DNA of 64,000 bases from Gordius albopunctatus (taxonomy: Eukaryota). The notes beneath the pieces are model-generated. The model did not search any database. It saw nothing but the letters and a program-made list of their open reading frames with translations, and was not told the origin of the DNA. The translations under genes and the position numbers were made by a program. Shown piece by piece: positions 36,974 through 49,600 of this stretch (within the stretch, counting starts at the first letter, position 1; every line of letters starts with the position of its first letter). The stretch spans positions 2,604,001 to 2,668,000 of the forward strand of contig OZ193909.1 of the NCBI GenBank assembly GCA_964276515.1. The letters run 5' to 3'.

Positions 36974-39900
36974 TTATTTGACGCCGACGCTCGACGATGT
37001 AGCGGCGAGGGGTGTGGGTCGTAGGGTAAGTTCCAAGCCAGCGGCGCGAGGGTCGAGTTGGGGCGTCGGTTTAGGGCGACGCTTGCGTCTGCGGCGTCGT
37101 CGGAAGAAGCAACACTTAACCTCGTCCACAATTTCAACGTCGCTGGGATCGGTGTTGGGGGCAGCGTTATTTTTGGGCGCGAGGGCGTCGGGAGCGGGGC
37201 CGGGTAGTAGGGGATTGTAGGCTACTTGGGTAGCGCCGGCGTTTGACGCTCCTGTCGCTTCTTTTTTGACGCCTCCGTGTTGTTGTAGTAAGCTGAAGCG
37301 GCGGTTGCAGCGCGATCGTCTTTGCCGGACGGAGGCACGAGCGGGCGTTGTTGTTGATCGTTGTAAAAGTAATCGTGGCTGGGACCGATGTCTTTGCACG
37401 ACGAAACGACCGCGCCCGAATCTGAGTGGGTGCGAGAAGTTGATGAAAAATGTTTTTGTTAACATTAAAATACTTTTATTAGGCATAAAAATAATACGTA
37501 AGGTATAGAAACGGGCATGAAATACTAACTAAATAAAAAATGTTCTTCGGATCCGTCAAGAGCGAGTGTCAGATAAAGATTAATAAGAGACCGATAGAGC
37601 ATATATTTATTAAAAAATTGTGTGGACACGACAGGAGAAGATAGACATTTTCCGTCGTAAAAGAGACCATAAATTGAGTAAAACGTTTATTGTCAATATT
37701 TGGACTAGTCTAAGCTTCGTAAAAAAGCTCACACGACTATGAAAACTTTTTTAAATCCACTCTTGAATCAATTTTAAATATTTCTTTTAACACGAATACT
37801 TGGCTTCAAGCCACACTTCCCACAAAATCCGGTGGCCTAGGTATTCGCTCACCATCTGCGATTTCCCTAGCCGCCTTTATTTCTTCCTCTCTATCTTTCA
37901 AACATCATATTAACGACCTTGTCCCATTCCCACTTAATCCCTCCATAAATCAAGCCCTATCCTTATGGAATGAGAACGCCAATGCAGGAGCTAATATACC
38001 ACAATCATACGCTCAAAATGATTTGGATGCAAGCTTGGTGTCGCAGTCCGTTGCTTACCTTCTCTCGACATGCGACGCCAAACAGCATTACAATCTTAGC
38101 TCATTGGCTTTCGACCAATCCGGTCATAAATGGCTTGAAGCTTACCCTACTAAGTTTTCGGGTATGTTTTTGGAGAATGCTACCCAGTCCTACAATATAG
38201 CCCTCCGCTTGGGCTCTAAATACACGTCCCCATACCCCTGCCGGCTTTGTAATTCACTTGTAGATGAGGAAGCACGTCACCCTCTCCATTGTAAATTTAA
38301 CAAAAGCCGGCATGGTAGGCACCAAAAAATAAATACACTACTTCAAGCTGCCCTCTAACTGGCAAAAGTCCCTTCGATCCTTGAACCTTCAGATCCCTCT
38401 CTCGAAGGGCGGATGCTTCCGGACGGTTCGTCTCTTATCGCATTAGACAAAGACCTTTTCCTAAAATGGGACTACACCTGTATTGACCTATTTTCCCCCT
38501 CCAACGATACTCACGACCCCCTAGGATCGGCAGAGCATCGGAAATCCTTAAAATATTCAGCTTTATCCCAAACCTCGATTTTTATTCCTATCGTCTCATC
38601 GTGCTCAGGGACGTTTGGGAAGAGCGCATTAATTTTTTAAAGAACTCAATAAACGCTCGCCCCCTTGTAAAATATCGAAAGTTTTTTACTACGACAATCA
38701 ATTGCCATCGCGATCGCTAAATCTAATTTTTATTCTTTGATGGATTCGATACCCATTCTCAAAGATGAAGATACGGATAATGTGTTTTAATCATTTTTTT
38801 ATAAATGTTTTTGTTCTTGTATCTTTTTAACAATTCCGTTCAATATTTAATACTTTTTATTTAATAAAGCATGTCAATTCTAAAAAAAACTTTAAAGAAA
38901 ACTTTGTATAGAATATATGATCAATACATTATAGGACATAAAGTCTGTATTGTAAAGATAAGTTTACACTTTATAGCCATTTATAGGTTATATATCAGAC
39001 ATGCTATACAATATATACGGTTAGATGGCGGCGTCAAATTTATATGCTAGTTTATAAAATAAATTTTGAGTCATCATTTCAGTGGGATAACAATATTTTA
39101 TGCATTCCCGATCTCATAAAAAATTAAAGCCTAAAGGTGTTGATTCAAAAATCCAAGCAGACTAAAGCACGAGTAATAAAAAACACGATAAAATCCAAAC
39201 GAGTTTTTTTTTAATTTCACACGCAAAAAAATTACTTTTCTTGTCGCGAGAGCCCTTTTTGTAAGCTATGGGGGCGGAGGAAAGGGGATCCTTAATGATT
39301 CCGGTAGCGGTCCCACCCGTGCCTGAGGGGTGATGATGATGGGCGGGTACAGGAATTTGATTGGCTTGAGGGGGTCCGGCCACGGCTGGATGTTTACCGG
39401 TCCAATCGAATATACCGTCATCTTTGTAACCTTTACGGGCGAAGAGGTCACTGAGGGGAAAAAAAGAAAACTCCAAAGTTATTATTTTTTATAAAAATTT
39501 TGTGGAAAATATACATGTTTTTGCTGAAAATTTTGGAATTATGATGACAACAGAATAAGCAAAAAACTAGGTATAGTGTTACACGTGAAGAGGGGGAGAG
39601 AAAGAGAGAAACTACTGCAATAGATGTTGGTAATATGATATGATATGCAGCACAAATCGATTTAAAAGAACAAAAATGTAATAAATACAATTAATACTAG
39701 AAGGTGTTAACTTAAGCTATAAAAATCCATTGGGAAATGTATGTTTTAAAATATCTGGCTTGGCAGAGGGTCTCGAAACGGATTTCAATACTTTCACCAC
39801 ACCATTTCGGAACGCGAAGTATTTTAATTATATATCCTTTTGCCTTTCTAGCAAAAAACCACATTTATCATACGTATTTAGGGCAGAAACCGTGAGTTTC

Positions 39901-42900
39901 AACAATTTGATATTAGGACAAATGGGTTAGGACAATACAGTGAAGCCAATAAAAGCATCTTTTGCGTTAAATGAACGACTTTCTCATTCCAGGCACAGGA
40001 TCATCATTAATTAAATGGACTCGAAACATTGGCTAGCAGTTAGTCTAAGTCGGTTAGCTGTTTTGGACATACAAAGAAACTTATACACTAAAATTGATAT
40101 AGAAAATATATGAAAACGGATGCAGGCAACTAAGATCGCTTTTAAGATCCTTTCGTTCAATTACAATGACTAAAGAAAGAAAGACAGACTATTAACTAAG
40201 GAACTTCCTATACCAGGCCAGGCGGTAAAGTACAATATAAGTGAGTAGTTATTCGTGTTGTACAAACAGCTGGGATTTGTTGGGTCGATCTTTGGTTTTA
40301 AACGACTTATGCTATTTTCAGTCGACCCCTAGGAAAAACAGACAAAGGTCATAGTTAAGCCAAAGGCCGACCACACAAAGCCCAACTGTTTGTACAACAT
40401 TATGAGATAGGGGCAAAAATGTACTTTTATATAAAATGTTCGAATGAGCACGAATTTATTTCCATTATGAGGAAGTGGATTGCATTAGGGACAGGGACGA
40501 AAACATATATAACAGTTTAGGAGTAGAGGTATATAGATCAATAGACAACTGGACTCAAAAAGGGTGGCGCGTTTGGCTCAAAATGGTAATCGCTATGCCT
40601 TACATTACAATATAGATTCCAATAAAATAACCCAGAAATGAGTATAAACCATTAACAATATCTGACGAGAGCGCCATAGGTTGTAATGATTCATGCTAGT
40701 GGATTTACGGAATAGTTATTATGCGATTAAACGTTGGCAAAAATTTCATGGAATTATGAGCAGTAGGGTACTCACTCGAACAGAGCGCGGAGGTAGGCGT
40801 AATCGGGCGTTTCGAAAAAGTCGAGCCTTCTCACGTACCTCAAGTACGTGGCAAACTCTTCGGGATGGCTCGAGCACAACACTTCTATGGGGGTGGCCCG
40901 TTTGGTGTCCCCTATCTTTTGGTACCTCTCCTTCAACGTGTCCGCTTTGAGGCCTTGCCAAGGCAAACTGCCCCGCAAAAAGTACATAAACATGTGACCA
41001 AGGGCTTCTAGGTCGTCTCTTCGGCTCTGCTCTTTGCCCAAGTGCGTGTTTATGCTCATGTATCGGGCCGTGCCGGTTAGGCTTTTGTGCTCGCGATAGG
41101 GTATGTGTTTCCCGGTTTCCGCGTCCACGTATTCCTTGGCTAACCCGAAATCTATGATGTGAACGATCTTCTCCCCATTCCCCTGGCCCGATGATTGGGC
41201 GGCCGCGCCTGAACCTGTTGAAATAAGAGAAAAACCGTGGATTTAGGCGGAAGGTATTTAGTAGCGTTGCAAAAACAACTGAGTTTTGTTTGGTCGACCT
41301 TTGGTTTAAAAACAAGACTAATGGTGGCTTTTGGTCTGTTTTTCAAATTTGGACCAAGCCTAAAGGTCGACCGGACAACCAGCCGTTTTTACGATACTAG
41401 TCTGTGGGAATTGACTCTTGCACGATGGAGCCCGACCCGTGGGAAAATGATATATAAAATTTGGATGAGGTAGGATTAGAGTCAAAATTATTAGTTTAAG
41501 GGTCGGAATATAATGGGATAAGCTCAAAACGTTCTTTTAGCCTTGGGTTTGGGTTGGAAAAAATAAACCTTGCGTAGGACTTTTATATTATTAGTTAAAA
41601 TGTATCTCTAAAATCGTGAACCTATAACACAAAATTAAACCAATTTTTCGATCAAATTCAATCGTGAAATCACAACTATACTCGGCTTCGAGTCAGGTCA
41701 CGAGCTCCTTAAAGGCTTAGCTTTAAGAAGGTTTATGCAGTTTATAACAATTTAAAACTGAAAAAATAGCCCAAGAAAGTGGGCTTTATCAAACTCGACA
41801 CCCCTGAATAGATGTGTGTGAAGGGGAGATAGGATAAAAACAAAATAAACGAGAAAATGAGGAAAAAATCCAGGAAATTCATGTATAAACATATTAAGAG
41901 CAAACCTTTGCCGGCATGACCGTGCCCAGTTTGGCCGGATTGTGGGTCCGTACTATTACCCGACCCGGTCGAACTCCCGGCCCGACCAATTAAGAAATTT
42001 TCCGGTTTGACGTCGCGATATATGAGCCGCCGACTGTGCACGAATTCCATACGAGTCAGGAGCTGTCGGGCTATGCAAAGGACGGTTTTTAGGGTAAATT
42101 TTCGGTCGCAAGCGTCGAACAAGTCCTCCAAGCTGGGCCCGAGGAGTTCCATGACCAAGGCATTGTACTTACCGCACGGGCCGAAGTAGTATACGCTAGG
42201 CACGCCAACGGGCGGACTCCCTATTTCATATTTATAAATAGTTGGTTCGTGGGCGTAGCCAGGGGAAGGGGCGGCTGCCCCCTCTAAATCCAAAATCTTG
42301 TAGAAATTTATTAAAATTATGGCTAAAATTTGAAAAAACGATCATTTTTACCCGACCCTAAACGATTATTGCCCTCCCCCAATGTCTAATCCCATTGCTG
42401 GCTACGCCTATGAGTTGGTTGGTTACAGCTTGATATTTAAAAATTGATCAAATTTTCAACACGAGCAGAAGCTGAGATAATAGTTGGTCTGATCAAAAAT
42501 AATGGCTTGAATTCTGGGATTTGTTTGGTCGGCTTTTGGTTTTAGTCGACTAAACCTAAAGAGACCAAAGATGATTTGGTCTTTTTCTTTGGTCTCTTTA
42601 GGTTTAGTTGACCACTAGGCTTAGTCGAAATTTGGAAAAAGAGACCAGAGTGGACCGTTGGTCTTGGTTAAACCAGCGGTCGACCAAACAAACCCCAGCC
42701 GTTTTCACAACACTAAGCTACAACCACAACAACCTATTTAAAATGAAGGCAAAACTTTACCGGCCAGGAGCATCTTGTAAAACCGGTATTCTAAATGCAA
42801 TTGGGGCGCCCGAGATTTCACGGGTTCCAGTTTAATCGCCACGTGTTCGTTCGTGTACAAATTTTTACCCATCCGCAGTTCCCCGAAATTCCCGCATCCG

Positions 42901-43046
42901 ATCTTCTTACCGACCCGGAAATTTGGTCCGACCATAAGCACGGTGCCCCCAGAACTCGGAAGGGCGGTTCCTTGATTGTGGTGATGGGAGGGGAGGGCAC
43001 TGGTAGTTCCAATAGCTGGAGGAGGAGCTGCTGCTACAGTTTTCAT
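36974..43046 (-). CDS. CSNK1G: Casein kinase 1 gamma (gilgamesh-like). Inferred exons: 43046-42761, 42220-41906, 41214-40776, 39450-39236, 37421-36974 (frame of last exon unresolved)
   Basis: [96 protein letters not shown]-terminal [16 protein letters not shown] (CK1-gamma-specific). Confidence 0.95.
37800..38889 (+). mobile_element. 5'-truncated CRE-like non-LTR retrotransposon with restriction-like endonuclease, antisense in the last CK1-gamma intron
   Basis: SGGLGIR; CCHC knuckle CRLC...HPLHC; RH; LEP...PDG; WDYTC; K..KY; FIP...SGTFG; AATAAA plus A-tract at ~38863-38889; internal stop. Confidence 0.82.
42248..42412. mobile_element. CATGGGCGTAGC-family MITE next to the CK1-gamma exon 2 acceptor
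   Basis: Perfect 8-bp TSD AGTTGGTT (42240-42247, 42413-42420). Confidence 0.9.
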
Positions 43047-43404
43047 GTTAGACTCGCGAAGGGGCGGGCAAACCGATCGTTTTTAGTGCTATCATGCGGG
43101 AGGAGTTTTACGTCGAGAGCTAGACATCATACGTGCATGAGAAAGAAATTTATTATTTTTATCGGGGGTAAAAATAGTAAATTATCGTTGAATGAAGAAC
43201 CATATTAACTCGTACATTTTCGATCGATTCAAATATAAACCAATAATTTTTTTGGTCTGCTCTTCTTAATCGATCTCTAGGCTTTGTTGCAATTTAAGAA
43301 ACGGAGCAGAAGCAAGCGTTAATCGTAGTAAAACTAATGGTGGACCAAACAAATCCCAGCCGTTTTTACGACGCTAAGTGGGACTTTTAATATTATAACC
43401 ATAG

Positions 43405-45194
43405 CAGAGACCGGATTGCCCGGCCCGGCACGATGTTAGGATTCGCGCAATGCATTATTTTGTTACCTTTTTATTATATGAAAATGGTAAAAGAGAAGCT
43501 TGGAATCGCCATTCCTCCCAAATTATTTCTATAATTTTTGCCCGAAACACTCAATTTCCATCAACTCCCCATCCCTAGCTACGTTCATGGAAAGGATTGA
43601 AATATTTAAATTTATGTAGCCCTTCGTCCATTCTTCCTAATTCACATGTGCCGTCGTCTAGACTCAATACAAAACCGTCATGCCCAAATATTGACACAAT
43701 TAATACGCTTTTTTCGACCTATTAGGATTAAAATTAAAGCTGAAAAGTTTTATTTGGAAAAATCATTCGACTTTTAAATAATATATAAAATTATATTTTG
43801 TCGGGATAATAAAATATTTCTATATAAGTTTTATTCAATGTGCCATTAATTTAATGCTTATTTTTTTAATAGTGGTTGAAAGAATTTGAGCGCACAATTT
43901 GGGGCCCAACAGGCAAATTCAATATTCCGGGCAGCTCTAATGTTTCGGGTGGGCACCTAGAAGGGTTCGGGCGTGCTCGGGCGTGCAATGAGGTTCTAAA
44001 ATTGAACCGGGCCGGGTTCGGGCATAAAATCCCCAACAAATCTGACCTCTGTACCATAAACTCCATTTTAACACGTAAATTGTTGTGGCATAATAATTTT
44101 AAATTATTGTGATAAGATTCTTATCAGTTTAAAAAGAGCTTGGTAAACCAAATTAATCTAATTAACGATATATTTATTAAATCCATAGGCAATAAATACT
44201 CCGGAACCTAAAACCGGAGAAATTTTATAATTATTCTAAGCAAGGATTGCTGTCAGCTAATATTAAAGTCAACGCAAAGAAGTATTTTCAATAGCCTTGC
44301 GAATCACATTCCATCAAAAATAATACGTTATATCGACCAATTGGTACCCGTCCCGAAATCTGCTCAGTAAAATATGGAATAATATATATAAGTTACTTTG
44401 GCAGAAATCGCATTGCATATTAATGAGACCTAAGACACGCCACGTATTATTACAACAGCAGAACACTTTGTCAATAATTTATTTAATAACGACTTAATAT
44501 TAGCTACATTACAGCGTAGGTGTGCCAAAATGAGGGCAATAGTATATAGCGTATTTCGAACCGCATTTACACTTTGCTCATGTAATTCGCTAAGCTCTCG
44601 CCTGGCTTGTCACCAATTTATCTATCTTCTTGGTGGCCAATCTACGCTTCAGTACATAAAAAATCGTAAAAGCCCTTTGAAATGAATTTTGCGTCAGTCA
44701 AGCTTGCCCACTAGGAATTCTTTAAAAAATTTGTACGAGAGTTGTGCAATCAACCGTTATTTTTATTTTTTGCCATTTAAATTTCGTATCATCAAGTGTG
44801 GGGGGGGGGCTCAGAGACCAGAAAAATCCGACCCCATAAAATTAGACTTTCGGGCGGGCCCGGGCGGGTACCATAACAAGATTCGGGCACTTCGTGATCA
44901 ATGAGATTTTTTATATATAGTGTATTATTTTGTCGATTTTTTGATTGTATACTTTTTATTACCCGTAGTTCCTATCCAAAAAAATCAAGAATCAAATTTA
45001 AAATTTTCACAAGTATATAACAAAATTAGTAGTAAAAAGTTAAAAATCATCCTTTCGGGCCGGGCGGCTCTAATGATTCAGGATTAGCCGGGCGGACAGT
45101 TAGAAGGGTTCGAGAGGGGTCGGGCGAGCAGTTTAGCTAAAAAAATGGGACCGGGCCGGGTTCGGGCAGAAAAATGTGAACAAATCTGACCTCT
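43405..45194. mobile_element. Two related CAGAG...CTCTG hAT-like MITEs (~43405-44051 and ~44811-45194)
   Basis: Shared right end CCGGGCCGGGTTCGGGCA...AACAAATCTGACCTCTG; left ends CAGAGACC; first copy has a degenerate TSD AACCATAG/TACCATAA. Confidence 0.65.
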
Positions 45195-46409
45195 GATAGT
45201 CACCCCAAAGGCTACTGAACTAAAATTTACTCGAAATATATTAGGGTCGTGCAATTCAGGTATTATTTTAATTTATGATCAAAGACTTTACCCTAAACAG
45301 CCAAATTTTCGAGGGCGGCAGGTGGCGTTTTGGCAATATAAGTTGCATCAATTGAGGAGACTAGATGAATGACGTAATCATTAAAAATGGGAAAATATTA
45401 AAGTATAAGTGCATTAAGAGCCGAACTTTTAATACAAGGGGAAGGCGGCATGATGATTGTGAATTTCGTAATTTTACCCATATTTTCAATTTATTTTAAA
45501 AATTGTTGTTTTTTTTGGGGGGGGGGGGGTGGTGCAGCTGCCCTTTATTCCCTGGCCTCTTAGGGGCTACGCCGGTGGATTAGCAAGTTGGATACAATAA
45601 TAATAATGATAATAATAACTTCTCAGTTAGGAAAGAATAAAATTAAGAGGGAGGCGAAATGCAATCAAAGCGAATCAAGGGGATGAGATCGGAAAACGGC
45701 CGGCATTGATTACACACATGACCCAAAATTATTGCAAGAATTACAACAAAACCGGTTCGGAAATAAGAACGAGCGAGTGTTTGGTGGTGTTGTAAACACG
45801 GCTCGATTTTATTTGTTGCTTGACCTTTGGTTTTAGTCGACTAAACATAAACAAACTCAAGATTTTTGATTTACGTATTTCTTAGGGTGCGCGTCTTAAT
45901 ATACGCGATTTCGACTTTAGATTAAACGATGATTTGTCGCGCTGTGTTTTTGCTGATAAAACAAATATGTATATGCTTTATTTGCGCTTACTCGTGCATA
46001 TTCACATGATAACTGAGGCGAACTAAAATTCCTGATTCCGCGACATGTAAATCGCATATTTGCACAAACAAAAATATGGCGCTTTGAAGTTGAATCGTGT
46101 ATTATGACGGAGGTTTAGTGACTACACTACCCCAATCTAATACTGTAATATAAGGAGGCGGCCCGACAGTCAAAAACGTGAATTGAAGAGATGTGAGGGC
46201 GGCGCGTTAATTTATCGATATTATATTAAATCCAAAAACGAATGGAGTATGGTGACATTTTAAACTGTATTTTCTTTTTTTTTTTAATTTTGGTGAAATT
46301 TGGGCGATCGCGGTTCCTATAAAAGAATTGCAGGAGAAAGGTAACTAGCTGGCAACTGACTGGAAAAATTAGGAGAGACAGGAGGAGGCAAACAGAGGTG
46401 TGTGGTGCG

Positions 46410-46612
46410 TAGAGTTGTTATATTGCTAACTTTCTTCAACTTCAGCTACCATCTGCTCGAATTTCTGCTCGGCCCTCGAGCATTTTTATATGCTACTGCT
46501 CTACCTAGTGCACCGAACAGCGAGCACATATTGTGCTAACGCGCATATTAAGCCATTCAGTGAGCGTGATCTCGTCTGAAGTTTGAAGAAAGTTAGCATT
46601 TTAACAACTCTA
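46410..46612. mobile_element. hAT-type MITE
   Basis: ~36-bp imperfect TIR TAGAGTTGTTA...CTTCAG; 8-bp TSD GTGGTGCG/GTCGTGCG. Confidence 0.85.
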
Positions 46613-49600
46613 GTCGTGCGTACCATGCACGGACCTCCTAGATAAGGTGTTTAAAAGAGAAAAGTAATTCATTCATTCATTCATAGCCCTAAATGCTAAA
46701 AAGGATCAAGGATGGGATTGTTTTGCACAATTTAGGAAAGTTAAACGACACATTTAACAACTGGATCAAATTGGGGTGAAAATGTAGTCACCTTGAAAAG
46801 ATGTGGAAAAATATCTTAGAGAATAAGGTATGGGAAAGGGAAGGGCAGAAAGTATTGGTGCTTAGTCAAGTAAAGTTAGTTGACATTTCCCGCGACAAAT
46901 CAATAAATAGTCGCATCCCCCGTCCCCGAAGACAGAGTGACAATGCCACACATAACATTGGTGCAACGCGACCTAGGCGCAATGATTACCTCTACAAAAA
47001 TAAACGATGAAAAATCATATATTTTTCCCCGTGATATGGATGGATCTTAAAGTCCAATACATGTACAATTTTGATGCGCTTTTATTTTTGCGTGGGCAGC
47101 CAAAATTTGGAGATAGAGGCTAGGGGTTAAGGTAATAATGATTTACACGGAGGGGTAAAATGAGAATTTTTATTAATTATTACACTTAATTTTAAAGATT
47201 TTTTGGGTTTAGAGGGGGGGGGCAGCTGCCCCTCGCGGCCATGACTGTTCATCACTTGGGCCGGTGCTCACTCCTTTAAACATAAATTTGAGTATTGATT
47301 GCTACGAAATTTATGGGCTCATTCGTTTTTCGTTGTCCCTCCGTCAGTCCGGTCCAACTTGTACTTTTTCAATAGTTGCTGTGACAACTAGCACACACAC
47401 ACACACACACGGGGGGGGGTTTAATGGCTTTGGACTTAGGCTGCTGTACAAGACTTAATTATTATTAATATATTTATCGGGATGTTCACCCATTTCTGAT
47501 TCCCCCCCCCACGCGTTCTACGATTTTTATTACAATTATCTTTATATCGCTTTTAATCGCGTCAAATTTATTTTACGCGCAACGATGATTTTACATATAT
47601 ACCATTTCGCTAAATATGGATCGTTAATATCGCTTTTTGTTGAGTAAAGATAATAATAATAATAATTAAAAGATGTAGAAACACAAATATATCGAAAAAG
47701 TTATATCGCGGATAATCGATCATAAGTCTAAATAAATTAGTTGTGGAAATTCTTCCAATATCCATTCCTCAATTATTACAAGATATGGTCGTCTAAACTT
47801 CTTTTATTTAAATCATCGTGTTAATTTTTATATAGATTTCTATATACGTGCATTTTCATATCCATTCTCTTTGGAAATTGACCTTTAGTAGTTTTGTTAA
47901 ACAAAAAATTGAAGCACAAAAACCGACGGCAACATATGGGGGCTTTGGTAGTTTGGCAATTAGGGGATTCGAGCTGCTCTGTGCCCGTGTCATAGTGGCA
48001 CAGAAATAATAAGTTGCTTAATTGATTATATTATATATATAGTGATCATAACATGATCATTATTAACATTTGTAACGTATTTAATGTTTAGCAGTAAAAA
48101 AAAGAATTACAGGATAAAGAAAAGGCAAAACAAATTTTTGTAATGGGCGGGCTGATTGACCTATACGGATCCGTAGCACGCCTTTAATTATATAATATAA
48201 CCTCACCCAAAATTATGCAATTCTAAAATTGCCGATACATAACGTAATGATTTGTCATGGAATGGCACACGGGAAGGATGGCCAAAACAACAAAATTTAT
48301 TATATTTTTTTACCTAAATTTTGGATTATTCTTAAATTTAGAGAAGGTAGGGGGGGGGTTACGAGATTAAGAAGTAAGATTGAGTTTCAAACACGGAAAA
48401 TCGGTGAAAGAAATTAAAATATTTCGCCTTCTGGGGTGATTAAGTTTGAAAGGGCTAGAATTTTTAAAAAATTAAGAAAGCATGCAAAAACGTCGAGAAA
48501 TAAAGTGCGGAAATCATTCTGTCAAAAATCACTTTTATGTAAATATGATATAAACAACTTCTTTTATGTATATGATAAATTTCGGAGAAATTCAATATTT
48601 ATTCCAAAAGTCACGAAAGACCTACCCACCGCATGGGAAATCCTTTAAATATTAAACACCTCTTCAAATTAAATGCAATTCAACTCCAACATGTAATTTC
48701 CCGATATTAATCGCAAATTTTTTGAAATCCAATAGGAAATCAAGATCAACAACGAAGGATAAAAGAAAAAAACAGAAATAAATATCGATTATCTAATCAT
48801 GTCCCAGCACCCCCCCCCTTTGGGCCAGGTTAACTGATTTCGTAAATAATTTCTCAAATTATAATTTTCAAGTCATTGATCGACGGCAACAATGGATTTT
48901 ACTAAACAACGGTGCAATCGCTAATCGGCATCGCGTCCCATAAATTGATGTTTAATCACTGAACGGCAAAAAAGCAGGTAAAAAACGTGAATTAAATGCG
49001 AAGGCAAGAAGTGCCTTTATACGATAAAGAGGCAAGCATTTTCACCTAAAAACTGAGTGTGATTCAACTTGTACATAATAGATATATTGAAAACCCCCCC
49101 CCAAAATAACAATCACTTTTGTTGTAAAAAAGGTTAGATTTTGTCTGGTGCACTTTTGGTTTTAGTCGATTAAACGTACCCAGCAGACCAGAATCGAGCG
49201 TTAGTCTTAATTGAACCAAGGGTCGACCGAACAAAAGCCAGCCGTTTTTACGGCACTACTAATCACAATTGTCGGTGGTACAATAGATAAGCCATCGATT
49301 CGTGTAAAGAACAAACCTAACAAAGGCCAAAAATTTAAGGGCCCCTAACGATCCAACTTGACAAATTATTTAACAGTCGGAGATGGGGCAAATTTACAAT
49401 TAGTTAGGGAAGAGGGGCAAAAGTTGGTATACACATTAACGCCGCTAATATTATGTACACGTATACTTTACCCAAAATTAAGGCGGCACAACACAGAAAA
49501 CTAGATGGGCGGGCCTCCGCGATCTCTTCTAACCAAGCTGTATCCCTTGCACCAAAGGTTTGACCGAAAAATCTTTAATCTCTTAGTGCCACTAAGAATG

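Noticed and set aside
40693..43208. Long alternate-frame ORFs such as 40746-41315 and 42795-43208
   Set aside because: Shadows of GC-rich CK1-gamma exons; no independent coding signal.
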